A stretch of 64,000 nt of DNA from Candidatus Latescibacterota bacterium (GTDB lineage Bacteria; Latescibacterota; UBA2968; GCA-2709665), in the NCBI GenBank assembly GCA_965208835.1, contig OZ242358.1, forward strand, positions 3,264,001 to 3,328,000, read 5' to 3'. The notes below the pieces were generated by a model that worked only from the letters and a program-made list of their open reading frames with translations, was not told the origin of the DNA and did no database searches. Both the position numbers and the translations under genes were made by a program. Below, in pieces: positions 10,198 through 19,204 of this stretch (position 1 is its first letter; the number at the start of each line of letters is the position of its first letter).

Positions 10198-10998
10198 ATG
10201 GACAGCATCGGACAAGCATTTGAAGACACCGAGAACGCAGCTGAATCAGCACGCCAATCCGCTACCAAACTCGTGAATTTGACCAGACGCCTGCAAAAGG
10301 CCGCCAAGGAGGGCAACGTAGGCGCAATCAAAAAGGCACGAGTCGGACTCAATCTTGCGATTGAGAACCTGACGCAAGTGGTGACGGACGCTATCCAGTC
10401 GTGGCCCTATGGAGATGATGAGGTAGCCGAATACCTCAAGGGCGGCTATACGCACGAGTTGCGTCGTGTCGCGTTAGAAAGAGGTCTGGAAATCCATTTG
10501 CGGGACGGACAGTTGATCTCACACCCATCCATCGTGCGGATTTCGCCTGAGGATGAGGCGGTCCGTATTGACAACAAGAAAATCTCGACGATAAAGCCTT
10601 CCTACCTGGCCGATCTGCTGGCCGCGAACCAGAAGAAGGGCAGTCGCTTCTCGGCTAAACGGTTTTTGGAAGCCCTGCACAGGGTTTACCTTGAGCTTGT
10701 GAAGGAAGATGCTTCGGATGGACTCATGAAGGGTGGTTCAGGGCGTGTGGTACTCTTGGCAAGAATCTACAGGTTATTCACGTCTCTGCCCGGTAGCGGG
10801 CGAGATTATGCACAAATTGACTTTGCCCGGGACCTTTACCAGTTGGAGACAAGTGGAATTACAGAAACGACGTCAGGCGCCAGAGTATTTTTCCACGCGT
10901 CCACGGGCACCCGGGGCGGCAGAAACGTATTCACCTTTGTGGGTCCACAGGGCCAGGACATCAAGTACTTCGGGATTCGATTTACGAAGGATGACTGA
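10198..10998 (+). CDS. Hypothetical protein (N-terminal helical/coiled-coil region), first gene of the operon
   Basis: AGGA RBS precedes ATG 10198. The stop overlaps the next start (TGATG). Confidence 0.75.
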   Translation: MDSIGQAFEDTENAAESARQSATKLVNLTRRLQKAAKEGNVGAIKKARVGLNLAIENLTQVVTDAIQSWPYGDDEVAEYLKGGYTHELRRVALERGLEIHLRDGQLISHPSIVRISPEDEAVRIDNKKISTIKPSYLADLLAANQKKGSRFSAKRFLEALHRVYLELVKEDASDGLMKGGSGRVVLLARIYRLFTSLPGSGRDYAQIDFARDLYQLETSGITETTSGARVFFHASTGTRGGRNVFTFVGPQGQDIKYFGIRFTKDD

Positions 10999-11966
10999 TG
11001 CAAAACACAATCTCCATCTCTCTCAAGGACTGGCTTCAAGTCATTAACGAAGAGTACCTTTCGTCGTATGTCCGCTTTGGGGGCGCGTCGATCAAGTTCG
11101 TAGTGCCATCAAACGAGGGTTCCGAGGCTGGTTTGTACGAAGAAACGGAGGCCAGCTGCCATGAGCTGGATTACATCTTCATTAGACTGAACGCTGAGGC
11201 GATGCGGGCGCACATGCCGCAGGACTTCTTTTTCAGGTTTGCCAGCCAGGTCGATTGGCGGCTGCTGGCTCGCCGGATGATCCTGAGGCTCGCCGCCGAG
11301 CAGGGCTACCAGATTGACGGAATACGTCCCGACGTGGACGGCAACGTCTTCGACGCCATCGCAACAGCCAATGGTCTCGAATCAGAGTTCGTTCTTGGAA
11401 ACCTCAGGCTGATGATACAGAACCGTGTCTTCAGGAACACCAAGATGGCGAGAGATTTCCGGGTGTGTATGAGCCATCTTTGCATGGAAGAGAACAGCCG
11501 TGGCGGATACATGGGGGAGCCGCTATTGAATTGGCTAACGGGAGAGAACACGCGAATTAGTGGTGTCCGTCCGTTTTCCATCTACACCAGTATCAATCGC
11601 AACACGGCCAGATATTTCATTGAATCGGCCTTCTATTGGATTCATCATGTGGGGCACTCCGGAACGCTAGTGTTGTTTGACAACTCCCGCGTAACAGTAG
11701 CAAGAAATCCGAGAGACGGTCTGCGCTACTACACGAGAGCCATGGCAATGGAACACTACGAGTTACTACGGGAATTTATCGACGGCGCTGACAGGTTGAC
11801 GAGCACGGTACTGCTGGTTGTAACCAACAGCGATTTCCTCGACGACAGTGGCGATCGCGGATCTCGAGGCTATGGGATATATGAGGCCCTGCGCACCCGA
11901 GTGATGGACGACGTTAGAGATAGGAACAGGGTAAATCCGGTCGCATCCCTGGTACGGCTGTCATAG
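10998..11966 (+). CDS. BrxD/DUF2791-like P-loop protein with degenerate Walker motifs
   Basis: YLSSYVRFGGASIKFVV, LNWLTGE, GTLVLFDN, YELLREFIDG and GIYEALRTR resemble DUF2791. No GxxGxGK[ST]. Confidence 0.7.
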   Translation: MQNTISISLKDWLQVINEEYLSSYVRFGGASIKFVVPSNEGSEAGLYEETEASCHELDYIFIRLNAEAMRAHMPQDFFFRFASQVDWRLLARRMILRLAAEQGYQIDGIRPDVDGNVFDAIATANGLESEFVLGNLRLMIQNRVFRNTKMARDFRVCMSHLCMEENSRGGYMGEPLLNWLTGENTRISGVRPFSIYTSINRNTARYFIESAFYWIHHVGHSGTLVLFDNSRVTVARNPRDGLRYYTRAMAMEHYELLREFIDGADRLTSTVLLVVTNSDFLDDSGDRGSRGYGIYEALRTRVMDDVRDRNRVNPVASLVRLS

Positions 11967-11980
11967 GGAGGTGGAAGGCA

Positions 11981-13249
11981 GTGGCGGTTTTAACCGATAA
12001 ACAGAAATTCGCCTCCAGGCGGGCCTTGGAGGCTCTCCGAAACGGCGTGCCTAACAGGGACGCAGTGAAACTATTGGGCTGTAACCAGCCGGAGGCTGAA
12101 GGTCAATTCGAAGGTATGTTGACCGGGGCTACGGAAGGCGTCGACCCTTCGTCCGGCACTTTGGGTATGCTGGTCTCCGGTGATTTCGGTTCCGGCAAGT
12201 CTCACCTGCTTACTCACCTGGAGGATCGGGCCCTTTCGCAGGGTTTCGTCTGTAGCAAGGTGACCATAAGCAAAGAGACGCCGCTATACGACCTGGGTAA
12301 GGTATTTAAGTCGGCAGTGGATAACGCTCAGATGCCTGACCGGACCGGCCGGTTGATGGAGGAACTAGGACAGGCGCTGAAGCCCGATTCACAGGAATAC
12401 GCCGGCTTCTTTAAGTGGTCAAACGACACCGGCTCTAACGGGTTGAGCCAGATGTTCCCGGCCAGCCTGCTTGTTCACGAACGGTCGCACGACCTTGAGC
12501 TGAACAGCGAGATCGAGAACTTCTGGGCGGGCGACAGAATCTACATTTCCCGCGTCAAGAATGGCCTGAGACAGATAGGGCAAAAGCAGAGTTACTCGTT
12601 CCGAGCGCCCAAAGCCGCCGACCTGCCACCCCAGCGTCTCCGTTTCGCCGTCCAGCTGATAAGGGCAGCAGGTTTCAGGGGCTGGGTGGTACTGCTGGAC
12701 GAGATCGAACTCGTGGGTTCGTACTCTCTCCTGCAGCGGGGAAGGTCTTACGCCGAGTTGGCTCGTTGGCTGGGACAGGCGGCCGGCGGGACATATCCTG
12801 GGCTGAGAACCGTGGGTTCCGTCACCGACGATTTTGCTTCCGCAATTATCACGGATGGAAAGAAAGACCGCGACTACGTGGGGCCAAAGATGGATAGTAC
12901 GGAACGTTACCAAAGATTGAAGGCAGACGCCGATATTGGTATGAAGTTGCTCGTACGAGAGTGTTCCCCGCTGAATCAACCAACAGACGTTGACATTCAA
13001 CTGACCATGAAGAATCTAAGGAGACTCTACACCGACGCCTACGGCTGGGATGCTCCACCGGTACCCGTAAGGGCCGGTGGCGCAGGGTATCAGAACCGGA
13101 TGCGCTACAAGGTCCGCGCCGCCATTAACGAATGGGATTTGATGCGGCGCTATCCCGACTACCAACCCAATACGGAGGGCGAGGAGTTTCGACACGACTA
13201 TTCAGAGAACGCCGACCTCGAACGAGAGTCCCGGGACGACACTGATTAG
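11981..13249 (+). CDS. BrxD/DUF2791-like ATP-binding protein
   Basis: RRALEALRNGVP N-terminus, Walker A GDFGSGKSH, ETPL and Walker B VVLLDEIE. GGAGG RBS. Confidence 0.82.
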   Translation: MAVLTDKQKFASRRALEALRNGVPNRDAVKLLGCNQPEAEGQFEGMLTGATEGVDPSSGTLGMLVSGDFGSGKSHLLTHLEDRALSQGFVCSKVTISKETPLYDLGKVFKSAVDNAQMPDRTGRLMEELGQALKPDSQEYAGFFKWSNDTGSNGLSQMFPASLLVHERSHDLELNSEIENFWAGDRIYISRVKNGLRQIGQKQSYSFRAPKAADLPPQRLRFAVQLIRAAGFRGWVVLLDEIELVGSYSLLQRGRSYAELARWLGQAAGGTYPGLRTVGSVTDDFASAIITDGKKDRDYVGPKMDSTERYQRLKADADIGMKLLVRECSPLNQPTDVDIQLTMKNLRRLYTDAYGWDAPPVPVRAGGAGYQNRMRYKVRAAINEWDLMRRYPDYQPNTEGEEFRHDYSENADLERESRDDTD

Positions 13250-13284
13250 AACGGGACCATTTCTCCTTCCTGGGGTAAACTGAA

Positions 13285-15390
13285 TTGCCGGGTACTTTAA
13301 ATGAACTGAAACCGGTGAAGGCGAAGTCCGTGACGGTGGCATGGCTGCGGTTCCTGGAAGAAAAGGGAGGTACCGGCATACGTGCGGCGCTGTTCCAGAC
13401 ATCGGCGCAAGGTGAACCGATGGATTTCTGCTTCACCCGAAGGGTATGGTCGGGTTCGGTTGGACAACCCACTATCGACAAGCCGGGTTTTATACAATCG
13501 CTGGCAGAATCACTACTCAGAACCGTCACCTTTGTGCCAACGTTGATACTCGTTCGGGCCGATGAAGTACCTCACGGATCAATCAATGAAGAAATAAAGG
13601 TACCGTTTTGCCGAATTGCAGTTTCCAGTGTTCGACACAATCGCGAATCGGACGACACACATAATGGTCATCATCCGGATTGGGTTACGGAAAAACCCGA
13701 TCCAGATGCCGAAGCGAGCCAACTTCTCTTAGAGATACTGGATCGGGGCAATCCCACCGAACCATTCGAACGGGCGACTGCAGCATTGGACGTCGCCTTT
13801 GGCGACGATCGGATTCGTGCTGTCACCGACCTTTCAAGTCTGTCCGTTGTAGTGAGCTTGTCTCCACTCCCGGAACGCCCCGGATTTCCGGGCAGCGATT
13901 ACTCGGCAACTCGTGAGAATACCCACAGACCAAGTCCAAGCCCACCAACCGACGTCGTTCTGGCCAAACGTCTGTGGTCTGTTCTGGCCAACCCACCCGA
14001 TCATTCCCAAACGATCCCGTTGCATTGGGCTGGAGATTTGATGCCCTTCCAGCAGCAGGGTGTCCAGGCATTGCTGGAAAACCGCCGGCTATTGTTGGCC
14101 GACGACATGGGATTGGGTAAAACCGTACAGGCAATCACAGCCTTACGGATTCTCCGGGCACGTCGAGAATTCAAATCGTGTTTGATAACGGCTCCCGCAA
14201 GCGTGCTAAATCAGTGGCGACGCGAACTCGAAAAATGGGCGCCTGAGCTTTCCGCGATCATCATCCGTGGTTCGGTATCGGACCGCAGGTGGCAGTGGAG
14301 TGCCGATAAAGAGATAACACTCGTGAGTTACGATACCCTTAGGTCCGACTTCAGCACCCAATCTCTGGTCGGTCGCAAGAACTGGGACGTGGTCGTAGCG
14401 GACGAGGCTCAGAGGATCAAAAACCGCAACGATACGAGCGATGCCCTTAAGAGGTTGAAAAGAAATCGCTCCTGGGCTCTGACCGGTACCCCTATGGAAA
14501 ATCGCGAGGAGGAGTTGGCTTCGATACTGGAGTTTGTTGATTATGACTCCACCGGAGTGACAAAACGGTACCGTCCAGGTGTGGAATTGCAGAGACGTCA
14601 CCGTGAGTTGCAGGTTCGACGCAAGAAAACGGAGGTTTTAAGGGATCTTCCTGTAAAGCAAATCACGAAGGTCGACATTGAGTTGGGCTCTCGCCAACGC
14701 GAGAGCTACGATAAGGCCGAACAGGAAGGCATCGTCTACCTGAAGTCTCTTGGCGCGGAAGTCAACGTGCGGCACGTGCTTGAGCTTATCACTCGATTGA
14801 AACAAATCTGCAACGCCGACCCCAAAACCGGTGAATCCAGCAAATTGGCAGACATCACGGACCGCGTGGACCAACTTGCAGCACAGGGACACAAGGCGCT
14901 AATCTTCTCGCAGTACGTGAGTGAGACATCCGGCGTGGGAGCCGTGGCCAACCACATGCGGGATTTCGTTCCGCTTACCATCACTGGAGACTTGCCTCTC
15001 CAGGAGCGGGCCGAGATCATCGAAAGATTCAAAACCAGCAGCGAACACAAAGTGTTGGTGCTGTCGTTGCGGGCAGGCGGTCTTGGATTGAACTTGCAGG
15101 AGGCGTCCTATGTAATTCACCTGGACCGTTGGTGGAACCCCGCCGTCGAAAGTCAAGCCGAAGACCGAAGCCACCGCGTCGGCCAGACGGTCAAAGTCAA
15201 CGTCATCAAGTATTCCTGCGTTGGTACCATTGAGGAGCGCATTGACGACATTCTTGAGAACAAACGGGAACTGTTTAACCAACTCATCGACGATGTGTCG
15301 ATGGATCTGTCCACCCAGCTGAACAGTGAAGAACTTTTCGGGCTGTTCGGACTAGAACGGCCGCTCGTCGCGGATCGAAGGGATTGTTAA
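13285..15390 (+). CDS. SNF2-family (SF2) helicase/translocase with an N-terminal extension
   Basis: LLADDMGLGKT, APASVLNQW, DEAQ, LTGTPMEN, LIFSQY, AGGLGLNL, WWNPA and QAEDRSHRVGQ. Confidence 0.92.
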   Translation: MPGTLNELKPVKAKSVTVAWLRFLEEKGGTGIRAALFQTSAQGEPMDFCFTRRVWSGSVGQPTIDKPGFIQSLAESLLRTVTFVPTLILVRADEVPHGSINEEIKVPFCRIAVSSVRHNRESDDTHNGHHPDWVTEKPDPDAEASQLLLEILDRGNPTEPFERATAALDVAFGDDRIRAVTDLSSLSVVVSLSPLPERPGFPGSDYSATRENTHRPSPSPPTDVVLAKRLWSVLANPPDHSQTIPLHWAGDLMPFQQQGVQALLENRRLLLADDMGLGKTVQAITALRILRARREFKSCLITAPASVLNQWRRELEKWAPELSAIIIRGSVSDRRWQWSADKEITLVSYDTLRSDFSTQSLVGRKNWDVVVADEAQRIKNRNDTSDALKRLKRNRSWALTGTPMENREEELASILEFVDYDSTGVTKRYRPGVELQRRHRELQVRRKKTEVLRDLPVKQITKVDIELGSRQRESYDKAEQEGIVYLKSLGAEVNVRHVLELITRLKQICNADPKTGESSKLADITDRVDQLAAQGHKALIFSQYVSETSGVGAVANHMRDFVPLTITGDLPLQERAEIIERFKTSSEHKVLVLSLRAGGLGLNLQEASYVIHLDRWWNPAVESQAEDRSHRVGQTVKVNVIKYSCVGTIEERIDDILENKRELFNQLIDDVSMDLSTQLNSEELFGLFGLERPLVADRRDC

Positions 15391-15711
15391 CCAGACGGAT
15401 GCACGCTTGAATAGCCTCGACCAAGGTTAGCGCGATAAATTGTCGTAGATTCGGTGGCTTTTGGGAATCCAGATTACATGCATGATCACGGTTGGCACGT
15501 TCATTTTGATCAAAACTCTGAACGAGCTTGGATAGCCCTTACGACAGCTTTCCGATTCTGCCAGCATAGACCCGCGACAATAAAGAAGCCTGCTCCGCAG
15601 GCTCAGGGCGATGCCAAGGAAACGCTTACGACCAGCTCAGGTCGACGCCCGGTGAGCCCTTGGATCGACGCAATTTGTCTTTACACGATGTGCGAAATCC
15701 ACGCTATCGAA

Positions 15712-16701
15712 TCATAGGGCACGCGCCTCAAAGTCTAGCAAATCACCACCGAACTTCAGGAAAAATGCAGCAAATTCGGACCCTGTCAACATCGTAACCG
15801 CCTTGCCTGTGTCTTCTTGAAGCTTGTCCAATTCCTGCCTGAAGTTTTCGCCCGGGATCGTCCCCGTTGAGACGATCAGTCCCTGATTTGCGTGTTCATA
15901 TTGCTGAAACGCTCTTCTGATATCTTCGATCGCGCGCGTATTGTGAATCTCCCCTTCGAAGGATTTGACCTGAACAACCAACGTATCTCGGTGAACCAAT
16001 CCTGGGATGGAACCGAATTCAAAATCCACTATCAAACCGGCCCCGTGATCACGAGCGCCTCCCTGTCGTTTCACACCCCGAACGCCAGGAACGCTTTGAA
16101 AAACCTTCTCTACCAGAGGCTCGAGTTCCCTGTTTGGATGTGTGCGGCTGATTTTATGTGAGATATCTTCGAGAAGTGGTTGAATCTGCTCCGAAAGATA
16201 TGCCAGGCTTGTCTCAGACGTTCTCGGCGCTGGTGCCTCTGTTTCTAGGGCTTCCAATAGCCGCCTGAAATCATCCTCCACGTGTATCGTCCACCACCGC
16301 CCCTGTAGTTTTAGACGGGCGCTCAAGGCGGGCGTCACCCTAGCGTCGTTCCGATTAAAGGAGCGTACCGATTCCGGGCAGACGTCGAATCGATGATTGA
16401 AATCATCGTCCCCGCCAACCCAATGGTACTCACCTGTCACCCTTGCCACAGTGCATTCACCCCACACAGGAAGATTGATATAGACAACATAATCGCCTTC
16501 TTCCATCCTCAAAAGAAACTCCTGGTAACAGTTCTTCTCATCATCGCTGAGCGAATCCCATCCCGATTCTTCGATCCTGTTCTTCAACTCCCTTAGATCG
16601 GCATTTACGTAGCTCCAGCCAAATCGACCCTTGCCACGCGTCAACGAGTCAAATATGCGTTCGTTCCAGTCCTCGGTGGCTTTGAGCGCGTAGATCGTCA
16701 T
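15712..16701 (-). CDS. Mrr-like restriction endonuclease with an N-terminal PUA/EVE-like domain
   Basis: ELEPLVEKVF, DHGAGLIV, VVQVKS and GLIVST in the C-terminus. GAGGAG RBS. Confidence 0.75.
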   Translation of the reverse strand: MTIYALKATEDWNERIFDSLTRGKGRFGWSYVNADLRELKNRIEESGWDSLSDDEKNCYQEFLLRMEEGDYVVYINLPVWGECTVARVTGEYHWVGGDDDFNHRFDVCPESVRSFNRNDARVTPALSARLKLQGRWWTIHVEDDFRRLLEALETEAPAPRTSETSLAYLSEQIQPLLEDISHKISRTHPNRELEPLVEKVFQSVPGVRGVKRQGGARDHGAGLIVDFEFGSIPGLVHRDTLVVQVKSFEGEIHNTRAIEDIRRAFQQYEHANQGLIVSTGTIPGENFRQELDKLQEDTGKAVTMLTGSEFAAFFLKFGGDLLDFEARAL

Positions 16702-16984
16702 CTGTCTCTCTCCTCTGCAATTGGATTCATCGTTTCACATCAAAGTAGCCATGCTGCGGCTGGACCATCGTCTTCGGTTCTGTCCTACGTATTTCACCGG
16801 TTTATTAGTGGCCGGTTACGATGGGGTGGTGAACGTGTTGGCATCGCTTTCTCCCAGTTGGGAAGTTAAACTGAAATCCGGCTTGAAGTCAGACCCGTCC
16901 CGCGGATTTCGGCCACCGTGACCATCTGCCGTGCCTGAATGTACGTATTATGTGCGATCGCACCTACGCATACTCATATAAATC

Positions 16985-17000
16985 TGCAAAAAACGTGCCA
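16985..17000 (-). promoter_or_regulatory. Sigma54 (-24/-12) promoter
   Basis: The minus strand reads TGGCACG-TTTT-TTGCA, an exact consensus. An AT-rich IHF-like site TATAAGGGAGTTA lies at about 17025-17037. Confidence 0.7.
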
Positions 17001-17660
17001 TTTTTTTTCGGATTAAATGTTGAATATAAGGGAGTTAGGATATGAACTGTCAGTTTCTGTCAGGTGAAAGACGCCGAAAACACGCCATTGGAGGGGTTAG
17101 CACAAATATTCGCCATGCCAGTCATCATCAGCCTGGAAACTCAAAAACGACTTGCAGAGCCAACTCTAAGAAGCCACCGGAAGTGTTGTAATTTGCAACG
17201 TGGCGGGAGACTCGCGGAGAGTATTCGTGGGTGGGTTTAATGGATCGCGGGCAGGAAAGATGGAGAGGTATTCCAGGCCGAAGCCGAGGAAGGGCTTACC
17301 AAGTGGGCCGGGCGAATACGGACGTATCGATCGACACCACATCTTCATCGGGACCCTGCTTGGGCAGGTCCGGAAAATTGGGCTGGACTCCGGCTTACTT
17401 CACGACATTTTGTCTAGGTGTCGGCACTGATGCATCCATAATCGTTCGCCCTATTCATTGTAGCTTAATTTAAGAAGAGGAACTGTCTCATTGAGATGGG
17501 CACAGAGCGATCACTCGTGTGGGATGAATCAATCTAATATCAGTTTGTTTTTTGACGACTTGCAACTTCCATTCCTTTTCATCCGTCAGAGCGAGTCGGG
17601 TTCAATGAGCAATGGCATCATGTGGTGGCGCCCAACTGATCTCCGGACATTGTCCCGCGT

Positions 17661-17804
17661 TGCAGGAGATCCTTCGTCAGCCTAGCGCCTGCCTGTCGGC
17701 AGACAGGGCTTCCTCAGAATGACAGCTCACGTACACGTATCTCAGAGACATTTCATTGAGGGTCGTGGGACGCCATGTCACTCTTAGCGTAGTCGAAGAA
17801 TCTC
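17661..17804. repeat. REPIN-like element (GATCCTTCG...AGnATGACA...TGTCAyTCTnAGCG), copy A
   Basis: Direct repeat of 18579-18714. Contains the nested palindrome CCTGCCTGTCGGCAGACAGG. Confidence 0.8.
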
Positions 17805-17958
17805 CCGTCTACTCGATTGAACGTGCGCCGGAAGCATTCATCAGCCTATTTGCGCGGACGCTTCCTCAGCAAAACACTGTGCGCGCGTGTTCGACACCCC
17901 CACCTCATCAGCCGTCGCCTGCGCCTTATACACTTCGGCAAGTTCAATGCAGGCAGGC

Positions 17959-18474
17959 TTAGGTACCCGGCGCGGGTTCCCGCGCCTTCAGGTCGACTTT
18001 GTAGAGTGGCAGTTCGCGTCCCGGAACGCTCTCGGAAGATCTGGTACCAATCTTCCTGGCGCCCATTGCAAGATAGAACCCGTCGGCATGCGGGTCGCCC
18101 TGAATAAGCATCGTCCTGAATTCCAGGTTGGATGCTGTTGATACGGCATGTCGCAAGAGACGTCCGCCATATCCACGTCCGATTTCATCCGGCTCTACAA
18201 AGAGAAACGTCAACTCGACTTCACTTATGGTTGGCGGTTGGAGCATATAAAATCCTACAATGCGTCCCGAATCGTCGATCACATACGCAGGATTGTGCGA
18301 CAATTCTACATCTGAGACCGTCAACTCTTTCTCGCAGGCCGAAAGGAATGATTCGTCATACCCCCAGAATCCCTTGGACCTGCGTGCCAGAGCGGTGAGT
18401 TCGGACCCTTCACCCTGTCTGGCGCGACGAATTATACCACGGTCAATTCGTGTTTCACGACTCGTCATATCCAC
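17959..18474 (-). CDS. GNAT acetyltransferase
   Basis: RSKGFWGY, LFVEPDEIGRGYG and DPHADGFYLAMGA. Confidence 0.88.
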   Translation of the reverse strand: MDMTSRETRIDRGIIRRARQGEGSELTALARRSKGFWGYDESFLSACEKELTVSDVELSHNPAYVIDDSGRIVGFYMLQPPTISEVELTFLFVEPDEIGRGYGGRLLRHAVSTASNLEFRTMLIQGDPHADGFYLAMGARKIGTRSSESVPGRELPLYKVDLKAREPAPGT

Positions 18475-18578
18475 TGAAACCCGATAAATCTGCCGGACCC
18501 AATGCCCCGACTAAAGGGAGACCCTGTGCTGCCCATCAGGTGACGGCGGTCGGCTGGCCCGTGGAAATCATCACATGC

Positions 18579-18714
18579 TGCAGGTGATCCTTCGTCAGCC
18601 AGACGGCACCCTTCGACAGACTCAGGGCAAGTCCTTAGGATGACAGCTCACGTACACGTATCTCGGAGACATTTCATTGAGGGCCGTGGGACGACATGTC
18701 CTTCTGAGCGTAGT
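18579..18714. repeat. REPIN-like element, copy B
   Basis: Core ATGACAGCTCACGTACACGTATCTCrGAGACATTTCATTGAGGGyCGTGGGACG shared with copy A. Confidence 0.8.
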
Positions 18715-18741
18715 TGTGCCGAGTGCATCGTGGGACCGGTA

Positions 18742-19125
18742 CTACTGCTGCATAATCTGTATTAGATTTCCGCAGGTATCGTCAAAGACGGCCATGATGA
18801 TGTTCTCCCACTCTGTCGGCTCCATTGTAAACCTCACACCGAGCGCGCTTAATCGCTCATGCTCTGCGCGAATGTCGTCCACGCCGAAGCAGGTCGCGGC
18901 AATGCCCTGTTCGAATATCCCTTTCTGATATGTCTTCGCGACCGGATTCTCGTTCGGCTCGAGCAGAAGCTCGGTCCCTTCCTGGTCGTCGGGCGAAACG
19001 ACCGTGATCCACCTGTGTTCCCCAACCGGAACGTCATGTTTTTTTTCGAAACCGAGTATCTGGGTATAGAACTTCAGCGCTTTGTCCTGATCTTCAACAA
19101 AAACGCCACTCAGTATGATTTTCAT
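18742..19125 (-). CDS. VOC family protein
   Basis: DQDKALKFYTQILGF and AVFDDTCGNLIQI. Confidence 0.9.
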   Translation of the reverse strand: MKIILSGVFVEDQDKALKFYTQILGFEKKHDVPVGEHRWITVVSPDDQEGTELLLEPNENPVAKTYQKGIFEQGIAATCFGVDDIRAEHERLSALGVRFTMEPTEWENIIMAVFDDTCGNLIQIMQQ

Positions 19126-19204
19126 CGTGATTTCGCCCCTTTCAGTTTTGAGATTCAGGTTTGGGTAACAAGAACAAATCTGTTGAATTTCTCTGCGATA
19201 ATAC

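Noticed and set aside
10198-15390. Calling the operon a canonical BREX system
   Set aside because: No PglZ, PglX methyltransferase, BrxC or BrxA/B-like ORFs are visible in the window. Only the BrxD-like and helicase components are present.
17200-17473. Possible IS5-family transposase remnant (GRSRG..LT-like peptide)
   Set aside because: The resemblance is a few residues across frameshifts, with no DDE motifs or terminal repeats. Too weak to call.
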